Assembly: GCA_030704615.1 (NCBI GenBank)
Contig: CM060733.1
Coordinates: 11,284,001-11,348,000, forward strand
Direction of reading: 5' to 3'
Source: Takakia lepidozioides
Lineage: Eukaryota > Plantae > Bryophyta
DNA: 64,000 nucleotides
In this document: positions 9,900-23,158 of the stretch, in pieces
How the letters are laid out: every line of letters begins with the position of its first letter
Numbering within the stretch: the stretch's first letter is position 1
Made by a program: the position numbers and the translations under genes
Notes under the pieces: model-generated
What the model was told of the DNA's origin: nothing
The model's database searches: none
What the model saw: only the letters and a program-made list of their open reading frames with translations

Positions 9900-12800
9900 T
9901 GGTTCCCGAGGTGCAGCGTTTGTCCAGGGAAATCCCTTCTGTGCATGTAATACCCACACCTGTGACGGAGGTACCAGGGGTAGAATATAAGGACACTGCA
10001 GCATCTGTGGAGGATGAGGTGGTTCAGGAAGAGGATCTGGTGGGGCAATGGCCTGAATGGTTGGTGAAGCATCACATTATGGAAGATCAGGGGGAACAAC
10101 ACCAAGTTCACCATGATGACCCCCAGCAGGCCATGCTTATGAGTTCCATAAGCAGGACACTTAATTTGTTGGGCACCTATGTGAAATCCCATGTTCCATC
10201 TACCCAATTGGCAGCTTTGAGGGAGGAACTCAGGAGATCAATCTCAAGTTACAGCAAGAGTTGGAGGACACAAAGGCTGCCTTGTAGTTGGCTAAGGGAC
10301 ATTTGATTGAAGCAGGTCTCGAGTAGGACCAGTTGCATGAAACACATAAGCAACAGTTATACCAATTACAGGTGAAGCATGAGGGCAAGTTGCAAGAAGT
10401 GAACGTACTACATACAGAGTTGGAGGCAGTACATCAGAGGATGACCATACAATGAGCTACACTCACAACTGCTCTAGAGCAAACTGCATAAGAAGTTAAC
10501 AGGCAAGGGGAGAGATGTATGATGGCAGAAGCTGAGATAATAGAGCAAGGGAAACTCATTGTTGATTTGCAGGCTACAATCTGTCGCAATGAGAATACTT
10601 TCCAACAGTACAAACAGGTTGAGGCTGACCAGGAGAGGTACATCCTGGAGTTGCAACAAACAGTCATGGTCAATAGAAATGAACTCTCTATAGCTAACAA
10701 GGCTTGGAAGGAAGCCAATAATCTGGCTGCTACCTATGCGGGCCTGGTTGAACCTCATGCGAAGCGTATGGAGGCTTAACAGCAGCAGTTAGATGTGTAC
10801 AGATTCACGAAGGAACATACTCTCAGGCGTGCCACACAGGACTTGGTGGATAATCACCTTATGCAGGTCTAGTTAGCACAAGGGCCGGTAGAAGGCAAAG
10901 CACCAAGGAAGCTCACCCATGTTGAGATGAATGAGCTCCGATTGCAGGTGCAAAACATTGCCACAACTACTATAGACAATGTCTATAGTAGGATAGCGGA
11001 GCTACAGGAAGATGTGGAAGGCCTGCAGACTCAACTATATGACCTGAGTAGAGGGAACGTGTTACTTCAGGGGTGACGGTTAGTTAGTTAGGTGGTTAGA
11101 ACAGCTTGTAGGTAGATTAGGTAGAGCGGCAACAAGAAGGGGATCACTTCTTGAGGAGGGCGACTTGTTCAGGAGAAAAGAAGACGTAATAGAGAGCGGA
11201 AACAATGAAGAGGAGATGATGACTTGAATGAGGCTTAGTTCATGCAAGCTGTAAAATTATACAGTAGGGTAGAATAGAGACACCATGGCATAGGCATGAT
11301 ACATGATTAATCTTAATCCGATACTGAATCGATACAAACATACTGTGTAGAGAGACACGAGAGAAGCTGTGGAATGAATGCATGATTAATTGGAACTTAG
11401 TAGATACTGAAGCAATCTGATGCTTCAGTATACACGGTAAGGTAGATTGATAACATGAAGGCAGGAAGGAATACAAATAGGAAGCACAACCATGATTCAC
11501 TAGCTGCAGGTCGTGACTGATTGTTCTGAGCGGGCTGAGTGCTTAGAGATATCCAACTCTTCTATCTTGGAGTTTCCACCTCGGATAGCGAAGGGATGGG
11601 TGAGTAAAAGCCGCTCGACAGGGCCTGGGTCCTTTTGAGCCTACGAGCCAGGTAGGCCTTCCCTCGTCGGAACAAGGCCTCATCCTTCAAGGATTGGTGT
11701 AGCTCGATGAGGGCCTTGTGATGGGTGGATGATCATGCCGCTTCTTCCCGTAGCAGTTTCCGTATACTATTGTCGTGCTTGCTGGAGGGGGTCATAATCA
11801 TACTTAGAGGTTTTGGGCAGGTGGCTGCGTGCCTACATAACTGCTTGTATCTCACCTCCATCAGGCGGTAGAACCGTAATACGTAATGTTGTATGCACCC
11901 TAAACTGGCGTCGATTTTTGCGTACTCGACAGGTTCTTGGAGTCGTATGTCCCCTACCGCTAGTCTGAAGGCCGTCAGATCTCGTAGGGTGCCTCGAGTG
12001 TTGCGCCAATATGCGTCAAAGAACTCCGCCATCCATACCTCTCATTGTGGGTGGTATCGCCAACTGATGGCGGGTCAAGATAATCATTCTCAGGGCCAGG
12101 AGTAGCCCCTCTGGTGCTTTGGGCACGGGCATCGCGCAGAGCAAGGTCTCCAGGGCTACGAGGTACTAGTTGGGGGATAAATACCTTTCGTAGGCATCGT
12201 CGGGTAATCCTGCCATGTCAATGTGATCAATAAAAGTGGGGGAAAGCAGAGGTACCTCCGATACCGGGCGTCTGATTCCTTCTAGCCTTGGTGCCTCGGG
12301 AGCAACGGGAGCGGCATCAGGAGACAATTGTGTGTCCCCTCCTTCTTGCTGATGTGGCATTCCGGCGCACGGAAGCTGTTGCGTTGCGGCCACCGGCGCC
12401 CGGATGGCGCACATAAAACCACTTGATAGTGGGAGTGGAATTGATCCAGGTTCCAAGTAGGGGGTGAGGCGTCTCCGAGATTCCCAGATACCAAAAGTGT
12501 CCATCACCTACAGCCTGTCGAGCTTCCCCAAGATTCCCTGAGCGGCCTCCAGCCTAGACTGTCTCTCCTGCTCTCTAGCTCCTTCTCCCATTTCTTGCTG
12601 GTTCTGGACTTCCTCAGCCCCCAACAGATGGGTTTGGGCCTGCCTCATTGCTGGCCTCATCGTTGCGTGGGAGTCCGTCGGTGGCCGTGGGTCGTCCCGA
12701 GTCCGTCCCTTCTATGACAGCCAAGGGGGGCATTTCGTCAGACACAAGGGGTTCCTCTTCACCCTGTCCCCCCCCCCCCTCACCCCGTATGTCAGCTCGT

Positions 12801-13050
12801 TGGTCGTCCTCTAGGGTGGGTGACACGAGCTTTCTTGTTTCTATGTCCATGGCCGTCCTCTCTCCTGGGACTTCTTCCTCTTCTTCGTCTTCTTCGTCTT
12901 CCGTCGCCCCCGTGAGTAGTCTGGGGACGAGGACCGTGCGGGTCCCCTCCGAAGTCTCCCCCGCCATAAAGACCGGGTTCCATCTCTTGGTGGCACGATC
13001 CCCTGCTCTTCATGCGATTCCGTTCTTCATTCTCAACCTTGCACTACCGT
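9900..13050. other. Degenerate convergent ORF remnants, probably TE-derived accessory ORFs: coiled-coil-like on + (~9900-11078), acidic/low-complexity on - (~11500-13016)
   Basis: Intronless, broken by stops and frameshifts, Q/E/L heptad-like composition on +, no recognisable domain. Confidence 0.3.
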
Positions 13051-13626
13051 GCAAGTGATATTACACGTTCATGAATGCTTCCATATGCAAATCCACAACC
13101 CTGGCCCGGAACAGCCTGCGGGCATTGTGGAGTAATATGTGCGAAGGGGACCATCTGTCATTTAGCGCTGTACAACCTGCATATGTGGATGGGCACGACG
13201 ATATGGAGCAGCGAGACGATCGCACTGTCCAGGCTGATCCACTTGCTGCAGAAGAAGAACAACCACATGCTTTTCGTGACGAATAGTACGTGACGGCGGT
13301 GGTTGAAAAGCAACGACATCTGACTCGCCACAATTCGAACCCCTCTCCAGCCACTGTACTTGAACACCTCCACTCCCCCACTGCAAATTCTACTGCACAG
13401 GTGCATTATGTTTAGGAAATCAAATTTTCTATTTATTTCTGATTTAAAAGTTTCTCACGGCCCCAAGTTCCAAATAAATGAAAGTGAATGAATAGAAAGG
13501 ATGAATAAATGATATGCACGATATTCATCCTCCCACATCCACTAATCAGACCAGACGGTTGCTCAACTGTCATTCCCTTTGTCCTCTTCGTCTTCGTCGT
13601 CTTCGTGACAAAGCCTCGCAAGGAAA

Positions 13627-14270
13627 CTACACTTGTGTTAGGCACTGTTTGGAATGTTCAGCAAACTTGACTAAAGACCGGAGTTCTTCTACAAAAGAAG
13701 CCAAGTTCTTGTTGGAAGAGCCGCCGGGCGCTCCAACATTTAGCGCTATAACACTCAGATCCTTCACATTTTTCCTCAACATCTCTCTTCTCTCATCTTC
13801 CATCAAAAGCCTTGCGGCCCTCTCTACCTCCTCTTTGCCAACCACCCCATCAGATCCCTCGAGGACTCCCATAGCAACTTTTATTACATCGACCACAAAC
13901 ATTTTGTTCAGGTGTTGCTCAGCTTCAATCGGCCAAGCTATCATGGGCACGGCCATGCAAATGCTCTCCATTGTGGAATTCCACCCACAATGGGTCAGGA
14001 AACCTCCAACTGCAGGATGGGCAAGGATCTGCAACTGTGGTGCCCACGCACAGAACACTATTCCCTGCTTCTTAGTCCTCTCCAGGAAACCTTAAGGGAG
14101 GAAGGCAGAGATGTGGGGCAGTGGGTCACCTTCACTACCTTGTGGAACTCTTAGATTAACCCAAAGGAAATTCTGCCCTACTCATCTCAAGCCCGAGAGC
14201 AAGTTCATGAATCTGTGTGGCAGAGAGAGTAGCTTAGCTTCCAAAAGAGATATACAAGACGGATGAGGTT
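13627..14270 (-). pseudogene. UDP-glycosyltransferase (GT1 family) C-terminal fragment
   Basis: PSPG box WAPQLQILAHPAVGGFLTHCGWNSTMESICMAVPMIAWPIEAEQ and C-terminal GGSSNKNLASFV. The upstream part SSVLYISFGS*ATLS...LALGLE...FLWV...FLP*GFLERTK has two stops and a frameshift. The N-terminal half is absent. Confidence 0.9.
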
Positions 14271-14520
14271 CAAGGTTTTTTTTAAGGATTTTGAAAAGGG
14301 GTACGAGTGGCTATATTATTGGGTATAGGATAGTGCAAGTGGCCCACTCTAGGTAATTTTCCTCGAATTGGTAGGCTACATGTATTTCCACTTTTGTGGT
14401 ATTCTCCGAATCAAATGGATGTTGATGAGCAATAGAAGGCGAAGTACCGAAATACATAATGGGCGAATGGAACTCTTTCTTATTTTATTTAAAAAAATAA
14501 AAAATAAAAAAGGGAAACAC

Positions 14521-14720
14521 CCGGGAACCACAGCTCACACATCAGGCCCCTTAATAGTGAGAGGAGAAAATAACCTCTTTCAACCGCGCCATGGAGGCGT
14601 ATAAGTGGGACACCGCCCAGGGAAGGGGGAGAAGAGAATACCACACCCGTCAAGTAGCAAGATTTGAACCCATAATCATCTGGGTGTCACTCAGTGCACT
14701 AACCAACTGAGCTACTGACT
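14521..14720 (-). mobile_element. tRNA-derived SINE, full-length head
   Basis: On -, an A box TAGCTCAGTTGG and B box GGTTCAAATC are followed by a body shared with 22994-23158. Confidence 0.8.
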
Positions 14721-17176
14721 GTTGGTAACTCTTTCTATGTGAAAACCACAGTTGCAGACTCAAAGCTCAAAGCTTTATGAGCGCTTAGGCAAGACAGGCG
14801 ACCAGCATCTCCATGGGAAACGGAGCAGGCCCCACAACCCTAAACCCACTCCTCATCTGGCCCGTCAGATCATATGGGGCCCGCCATGGCGACATCTGTG
14901 CTGCTCCAGTGGGCCAGATAACCTGGTCCAAGCCAGCTCAGCATCAAGCCATTTATCCCCATCATCATCCGATCAAAGCAACTTTGAAGAGATGAAAACC
15001 CCACCAGGAAGCAAGCATGATCAGAAGTGAGAGAAATCTTACACCTATCCGTGCAGGTCAAAGAGAAGACACTAGCCTATCATGTCCAACCAGCACCACC
15101 ACAGCACCAGAGCCCCCTCATGCATACAGTGAGGACCCCAGAATCCTCACAGGTGTTTCTGTTTTGTCGGTGTCAGGGGACCTGCCTTGCTCTTGTTAAG
15201 AACAACATCCTGACTGTAGTATCCAACAAATATTCTCCAATACTTTGTAAGGAGTGAGTCACTCCGTAAAAGGATTTACAGTAGCCCTTAATCATGATTG
15301 ATGGATGGGTAAACATGGCTTGCACTGTAGGAACTGAAAGCAAATTCAATATATTGAACAAATAATATTCAGAACTCAAGGGTAGTGACAACGTTGTTTC
15401 ACATCCTCAGCATTCAAAATGATGATTTGCCCATATAGAGCTTCACCACTCTAAGCCATTTAGGTACTAGCCCGGACTTCCCAGGAAAATGGCATCATCA
15501 CCAAAGTCTCCACTAACTGTGCATTGAGTATGACCAAACCCTTCACAGCAGTATACAGGCTGGCTGCAATCTCATATAAATCTTTGTTGGAGAAAATTTC
15601 CTGCCAGAATGTGCCAACATGCAGCATATGTCAGATAGATGGAAATTACACTGGAGAAAACATGAAACTAGAATTCCCAATGGTTACAACTTCCTTCAAT
15701 AACCGCCAGATATGCTGCATCTCCCCATTATGTACCCCAATCACATCCAGGCAGACCAACAGTTCCCCTAGCATCGTATTTTGTGTGAGATCTTTTTATG
15801 TCTGGAAGTCAAGACTTTGCAAGATACGAACATTGAGACCAATTGGCAGATTTATGTTGGTGAGTTCTGAGTAGTTTATTGCCAACAAAACTGAGGGGGT
15901 AAACAGGCAACCTAGTTGAAAAAAGGGGATGAACATAAGGATTGATGAGGTGTCTGCTTACAATTGGCATAAAGGTAGGTGATGTCTAATTACATCATGT
16001 GGAATGGAGGGGGAAAAAGGGCTACTTTCACCCAATGTATACTCCTGCACCCCTGCCTACCATTTCACTTTGCTAACCTAAAACCTCTCTTAAAATCCCT
16101 GCTGGTGAGACTAGGTAAAAATTAAATTGGGCTCAGAATTGGCATATGAAAATACTCAAATTTGACTTGAAACTTATTACTGTTGACCCTAGAACAGCGG
16201 AAAGGGCTCCAAATCTATGGTGAACTTGGATTTAGAACCGAAAAAAAATTGTGTATGTTTCTAATATCCTGCAACAGTATGTGAACTTTATCTTGGCAAA
16301 TAGCTGTTGCACTGCTAACGGGTCAAAGAGGAAGAAGAAGCTCATCGCGATCGAGAGCGGAAACAGAAAAAATGTTACGCATGGAGCCGAGTCATAAGAC
16401 CTTACCATTTTCGCGATAGAAGGCTTGATGTTAGTAGACACAGTGCGCTACTCCCAGCTGAATCCAAATGGCGATGTCTTCACACTGCCCTGGACGAATC
16501 GTTAATTGCACAGTTAAACACACAGAGGGACCAAAAGGATTAATTTTTGGAGGACGAAAGTTACTTATGCACACGTCAGATGAGCATCTTCATTGAATGA
16601 GCGGACACCACACAAACCAGAGAAGAACTTAGTTGCCCTCCAAGATTCACGAAGCAGTTCAAACAAGAAGATCAGAGAAGAGAGGCACAGAGAAGATCCA
16701 AACAAACAAACAAACAAAGCCACTCAAACGTCAAATAGGGACTGGAGAGAGCAAACTAAGAATTACGAGAGAAGCAGCATTCAAAGACCATCTGTGGACA
16801 AAAAATTGGAATTCATACCCCGAAGACGTGGTCACACGAGCACGCTTCGGATCTGTATAGCCTCCAATAGAATGACTCGTTCAGCGTGAGCTCACGCTGA
16901 ACCGCCTCGAGAGAAGCGAACAGTACTTGGCAAGGAAGAAATCCAACGCTACGCGCAAAGCTCCATCCTATGGGGAACGTCCGGGAACGCATAACGCACA
17001 AGCATGAACTCGCGATTTGGCCTCACGCGCCAGCACAGACAATCCAGCCACCCACTACTCTCCACGTGTAAGAAACAGTTTACAGTTGCGCAGCCAACCG
17101 GGTGATGACAAGTCAGAAGTGAACCATGTTCTGTGCACATGAACCATACCGGGAACATGGTTTTTCATGTCCCTTC

Positions 17177-17191
17177 ATTCTTGAACGTTCC
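17177..17191. promoter_or_regulatory. Perfect 3-unit heat-shock-element match upstream of NUF2
   Basis: aTTCttGAAcgTTCc matches nTTCnnGAAnnTTCn, ~130 bp upstream of the ATG. Function not shown. Confidence 0.3.
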
Positions 17192-17319
17192 CGCCCGAAG
17201 TTCGAACACTCCTCTCCTCTCTCTCTCTCTCTCTCGTTTACAGAACTTCGTTTACAGAGCTTCGCGTTGTTTTCGTTTTTTCGGGAGTCTTTGAACGTCT
17301 GCTGTTCAGATTGGTCACC

Positions 17320-20300
17320 ATGCATTATTCGTTTCCCATTCTGGAAAGAAAGGTTTTACTGGCGGATCTCATGGAGATAGGGAGCAACTTGGACGAGCAG
17401 CAACTGTTGAAGCCGACCGTGGAGGTGGTATGGCCTCTGTATGAGAATTTGTTGTATAACATGACCGGCATTACGAGGTACACTGCCAGGGCCATACCGT
17501 TTCTACGAACACGTCCTTTCAGAGTGTGAATTACGTTTGTGTGGGGCTTAGCAGAGATTCCTGACTGTTGGCTGTGCTAGACCTACTCGGAAGACGGAGT
17601 TAGGTGGACCCCTTCATTCAGTCAAAGCTTTCCAATGTTTTTCTGTCATTCTCAGTGTTTGATCAAGTGAAATTTTTGGTAAAACGACAGGGAGATAGCC
17701 AGAGGGTCATTAATACATGACAAGGTAATGTATAGTTCATCTTGGATTGGGGGATATGCAGGGAGGAGCTTCAGCAGCCAGCATTTCATGCCATGGATGC
17801 ACTGGAGTTTCCAGAGCTGCATGTGGAGTCAGTGGGATGTATGGCATCGATCCGTGCTATCATGAAACTGATGTTTGCAGTGGGTGTCTCGGACTTTTCG
17901 ATGAAAGACATATTCAAGCCAGAGAGCCAACGCACTATCACCAACTTGAGTGCCATCATCAACTATTCCAAATATAGGTCTCTATTGCTCACCATAAGAG
18001 TCCAATCCTTCAGTCCGGGTAACAGTGAAATTCAAAAGATGTAATCGTGATCTAGGGGCCGGATGTACCCAGCAGGACATCCTTTGGGGACAATGTGTAG
18101 AAGAATCAAGGAGATGCTCATGAACTTGTGCTGATTGAGCTGGAAGAAAGGAACCTGTGCTTGATTGATGGTGAGAAGAGTTTACATTTCCCAATGCAGT
18201 GCAGTGAGCAGTGCCATTGAAACCATCCAAAATAGTATCAATACTCAGTTTGTGATTCTCTTCTTTCTAATGCCAAATATCAGCTCAGTCTTAGATTCAA
18301 GTTGGACGTTATAGTGGCCCACATTCTGCTCTTCTCCTCGCCCCTGCCCCCTCTCTTCTCTTTTGTCTTCCACCTAAACAAGGAAAAACTGTGATCACAA
18401 GGATAGTTCAAGCGAACTCTGATTCTTAACATCTTATATTCAGCTCTTCAAAGTCTAATCTCTAAAAGCATTTTTGGCTCTTCTTTCTGATATCACCCAT
18501 TGCTGTGTGAATTGGTCATAACGTAGGGATTGCACTTTTAAATGTTCGCCCTGCTGATTAGAAAGAAGGAATGTTGTTATGAATGCAGACATGAAATAGA
18601 GGACTCCATAGCTGATATCCAAAGTGACAGGGATCAATGTTTGCTGAAGATACAGCAGCTGGAGGATCACTTGCAAGAGGTAAACCCCAGGTCCTTACAC
18701 GACCAACAGTGTTGCAATGACCCACAGTTACTCTTCAAGAAGGTCCAGAACAAATGCACCTGAAATGAGACGGCTTGACATAGAAATTGCATTCGTACGT
18801 GATTTCAAAGCAACACCTAGAAGGTACAAAGTGAGTGCTTGATAATTAGAGGGGTGAATGTTGTGCATGACAGTTGAATAATGAGGAGGAGATTTGGGAA
18901 GCAGAAAGACGTGCAGAGCAGCCTGCAGTGCAGGCCTTGGAGAGCGAAACAAAGGAGCTGGAGCGCAACATCCAGGCCCTCAATAAACAGCAGGGCACCC
19001 TCCAGTCAGAGATCCGTGCCAATAAACAAGAAGGAAATACTGTGTCAGATCAGGTTAGGGTTTGCACTTGCCTCTTCTTGAAGTATGGAGGTCCAATACC
19101 ATGTCTTGCACATGAGAATCAAAGACTGGAACGGTAGCTTTCATTTTTCAATGCTTTGGCTGCTCTTTTTTGTTTTTGGTTGGTGTGCTTGGTCATCAAG
19201 AGTCACAGGCCATATTGACCGTGTATTAGTGTGGGGTGGGGGGTTGGGGGAAGCTGGCCACAGCTAGCAAACGAGAAGTTCGAGCTGATGCAGATCAAGC
19301 AAGAAGAGTCTAAACTCCGGGCTCAGGTTGTCCAGTCTCCTGAGAAGCTCCAGGTATGCATGTGCTCTATGTTTATTGGCAGGTGGACAAGTCAGTAGGA
19401 TGTCTGAACTCAAGGCTTTACCGATGACCGTAATTAGCCAAAGGATAGCACCAAAGAAGAGACTGCCAGAAGATGGCAAGAATGACTTGAACACATAATA
19501 TAAGACAGGCCAGTGAAGCAAGTTAAGAACAATGGGAAATAAGTAGTAGTCATGGTGATGACACAGGTTCAGAGAGAACAAAATATGAGAGCAAGGATGT
19601 GACATACGGGACATGAGGGAAACAAGTCATCAGCATGGAAGTGATGGTTTTTGGGCAGAGATGGGTGGCAGACAGGAAGATAGCCTTGCAGAATATGGAG
19701 GCTGCTGCAGAGGAGGCTCAACAAGCGCTTCATCAATGGAAGGACAAACATGAGTCTTACACCAAGGTATGCCCCCAGAGCTAATCTCCATTGAAGTCCC
19801 TCTCTGTATATTCCTTTGCCTGTCTCTGCATCTAATTTTCTGTCTCCCTATTCTTTTGTTGGTAAGATCTCAACTAGACCAACCATGTGAGCTGTATGCT
19901 TCATCATGTACGGGGTGGGTAGACCGCACAGCAAGAAAATTCAGGGTCATATTTGTGATGGCCCATTCCTATTCTCACCCTCCAATCATGAACGTGCTCG
20001 TGTAGAATGCAAGGTGCAAACATCACTGACCTTTCTTATGGCTTCACTTGACGCAAGGTGACATTAGATGAACCTGCTCTTGAGTAGCTGTGACAAAGAC
20101 ACCTTGCATCTGTGGTTGATGGGGCAGGTGCAAAAGAAGATGCAAAATCTTCTGAGCAAGCTGGATGAGCTGGAGAAGTTGGTATGAACTACCTTTCCTG
20201 TATGTCCCCATTTGCAAATGTCTCCCTTGTCAGGGGTCAAACAGAAGAAGAGGACAAGAGATAGCTACACAGAAAAAGCCACAGAAGAGAAGTTGTGAGA

Positions 20301-22285
20301 CCACCTTATGCAATAGCAATCGCTTAGGAAGACGTGTTTCCTGCTGCAGTTTGCAATAAGGAAAGCTACAGCAAAGGAGATCAAGGTGCTGAAGGCTAAG
20401 GTTAAAGCAACTGAAGAGGAAGACCAATCATGGAGTACCAAGCTGGCAGAGTTCATGCTACAAGGTGACCTCATTTGCATGGGCACGAAACCACAGTATA
20501 TCACTTATCTCATCCACTCTAACATTTGGATGGACGACCAGCAAAATCCATGGCTTATACAAATAATGATGAACTTGAAAAACTTTCGAATGTCAATGTC
20601 GACTATGTATCCATTCCAAGGTAACCCAAGACTTCATAACTTTTATAACAAGATTCACAAGTGCTTACATACACAACATGGTGTGTGGGTTTTGTACTAA
20701 GCTGTTTCATAAGCAGACTTTTCCTTAGACACTCTGTATTGAATGTTTAACAAAGGTGCTTATGAATCTCTTGACCTGTAGAGAGAGTCATTTTTGTTAT
20801 GCTTAAAACATCCAATGTGATTGGGAACTGCAGGGCAACACTTGCAAGAGCTAATAGAGAAGCTGGAGCAACAGGGACCCAAGAAGCTGCAGGAGTCAGC
20901 CCAAGAGGTGGAAGAAACCAAGTCTCGCTGTGATGCAACCATGGTTGCTCAACTACAGTCAGTGGCTGCAACAATTGCCAAGCGAGATTCCCATGCATGT
21001 TGCAACCTTCAGCATCTTGTTTTCTCTCACAGATTAAAGAACCTCAATATAGTTCAGTAGTTGGACGGGGTCTCTTTGTTAATCAGCTCATACATCATGA
21101 AATCATGGGAGTATTGGTAGCTCATCAAATATGTGGGGTACCTGAAATTCTAGCTCCTGCTGCATAATTGTTATCCAGATGCAAAGTATTCCTAGTAACT
21201 TGAACATCAGTACCTGTTCTTTTTCTCTCGAATGCTTTGCCCTCTGGCAGGGTAAAGAAACTGGCCCTGCTTGTGGCATGCTTGGACGATGTTGTTTGTT
21301 TTGAATTCTGTTCTTCACTGGCAATTGAAGGGATGTATTGGTGGTTGTTATAACAGGTACAAGAGCTGAAAGATAGGTTTCAGGAAACATACAAGAACAA
21401 GGATGCTTTTGTTGCCAGAGGCCAGGCGGTCATTGGAGAGGTTCAGAGGCAGGTGTGTGCTTCTCCCTCTGTCTCTTAGACAATGTGCATGGAGTACCAT
21501 TAGCCCTGAGGAAGGATGCAAACGAATCCTAATTTCTCTTTGCTGTCCAAAGCACACCTAAGAATTTTGAGAATTTGCATGCAGGACTACAGACCAAGCC
21601 CATGAAGAGAGTCTCTTCTTGGTAGCTAAAGTAACCGCTGTTAAAGTTCTTGATGACTGCATAAGGCAGCTCATTAAGCTGTTATTATTTGTGTATATGT
21701 AATGATAGTCTCTCCAGAAGACTTAACGAAGTCGAGGAAATCTTGATCATCAGTTTTAATGGTAAAAACACAATTTGACACTAGCACAAACTAGTTGGAA
21801 GACCAAAGTGTATATGGTCTGTTTTGTTGTGGAGGAAAAGCTTATTCAGCCCCACGGGCAAGTACCTCGGTTCAGTGATCCTGTCTAGGTTTTGCTTTGG
21901 ACACTAGAGTATTCCCTATTCTTGATAACAATTAATATTAAGCTACATAGTTTGTGGGAGCAACTCTTCTTCAACCTCACTTCCTCTATGCAAGACCACT
22001 TTCACATCAAGGTGTTAAAAACTGCATTTCTTGGGAGATCCAAATGCACACAGCAAGTCATCCTTCTAACCTGCCTGATGCTCTTCTTAGTAGCTCGAGT
22101 CACGTAACTGAGTTGACTCACAAAGACCATGTGCCAGCCGGCTTGATATCCTTGGCCTAAGGGTTGGGGGGGTGGGGGTGCTGTTGCAGGTCTTGGACTA
22201 TTACCGCACTGTACTGGCAGAAAAGGATGCTTTGTGGCATGCTTCTCTCCCTAAGCTGAAGGGCATTACTAGAAGGAGGACGTAG
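17320..22285 (+). CDS. NUF2: Kinetochore protein NUF2 (NDC80 complex), multi-exon
   Basis: Exon 1 (17320-17477) MHYSFPILERK... and exon 2 (17762-17977) ...MDALEFPELH...DFSMKDIFKPESQRTITNLSAIINYSKYR form the Nuf2 CH domain. Coiled-coil exons: 18589-18679, 18874-19053, ~19264-19353 (LRAQVVQSPEKLQ), ~19.67-19.77k, 20128-~20181, ~20350-20463, ~20834-20.99k, ~21357-21452, 22190-22285 (stop TAG). Some internal boundaries are approximate. Confidence 0.88.
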
Positions 22286-22962
22286 GTTAGGATGTATCAG
22301 TTGTCACAATGGTGTGGGTCTTCACAGCATTGAAGTATGTACTGCCAATGCCTGAATCTTTTCAGAATAGCACATTTTGAGGTCCAAATTCTCTTTGGAG
22401 GTGCAAATTCTATTTTCCTTCATCTAGACCAGATCGATATATTTTGAGAGATTGGTTTACATGTGCCTCCACTGCAAGGAGTAAGGTCTCAGGATCCATT
22501 AGTTTGGCATAGACAGCCTCCTATGATGGTTTTGGGCTGAAATCAATGTCCTCTTACAAAGAGAAATCACTGTTAGAAATTGATTGCAGGTAAGCCTTTC
22601 ACTGCCACTGTTCTAATTTCCTCTTCCACTATTTTGATTTCTCTACCACACCTCATCTCCTTGCACTTCTTTGCCACACTTTTGATATCAGCAGAGGGTT
22701 ATTCCTGAAAAAAATTTAAGGTTGAAACCCGGAAATCTCTTTTTCCAGGCAATAGTTCTTCCGAGTACTGTAGCCAGAAATCAAACCCATCTGATTTTTG
22801 TAAAAGTATTTCGCCAAAGAAATTCTTTGCTGTACTTTCATATTGTAGGTGACCGGAACCAAAGAACTGAGTACTGAAGCTCCTAAATCGTATTGTTTCT
22901 ATGTTGACATCAACTATATTAGAAATGCTTTTGTACCTTCATTATTGGGTTGTGGTGATCAG

Positions 22963-22965
<3 letters not shown>

Positions 22966-22993
<28 letters not shown>

Positions 22994-23158
22994 CCTGGGA
23001 GCGACAGCGGCTCACAAATCAGGCCCCTTGATAGTTAGAGGAGAAATAACCTCTTTCACAGTAACCCCGCCATGGAGGCTGAGAAATGGTACACCGCCCA
23101 GGGGAAGGAGGAGAAGAGTAGGTCTACCACACCCGTCAAGTAGCAGGATTTGACCCCA
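22966..23158 (-). mobile_element. Second copy of the same SINE family, 5'-truncated at the B box, with poly(A) tail
   Basis: Shares atcaggcccctt...gaggagaaa-taacctcttt...gccatggagg...caccgcccaggg...ccacacccgtcaagtagca with 14521-14670. The T-run at 22966-22993 is the A tail on -. Confidence 0.8.

Noticed and set aside
14650-14720. tRNA gene
   Set aside because: A and B boxes are present, but no convincing cloverleaf forms and the body is shared with a poly(A)-tailed copy, so it is a SINE.
14750-17050. Possible minus-strand gene or ncRNA divergent from NUF2
   Set aside because: Some splice-like signals are present, but no coherent reading frame or recognisable RNA motif could be built.
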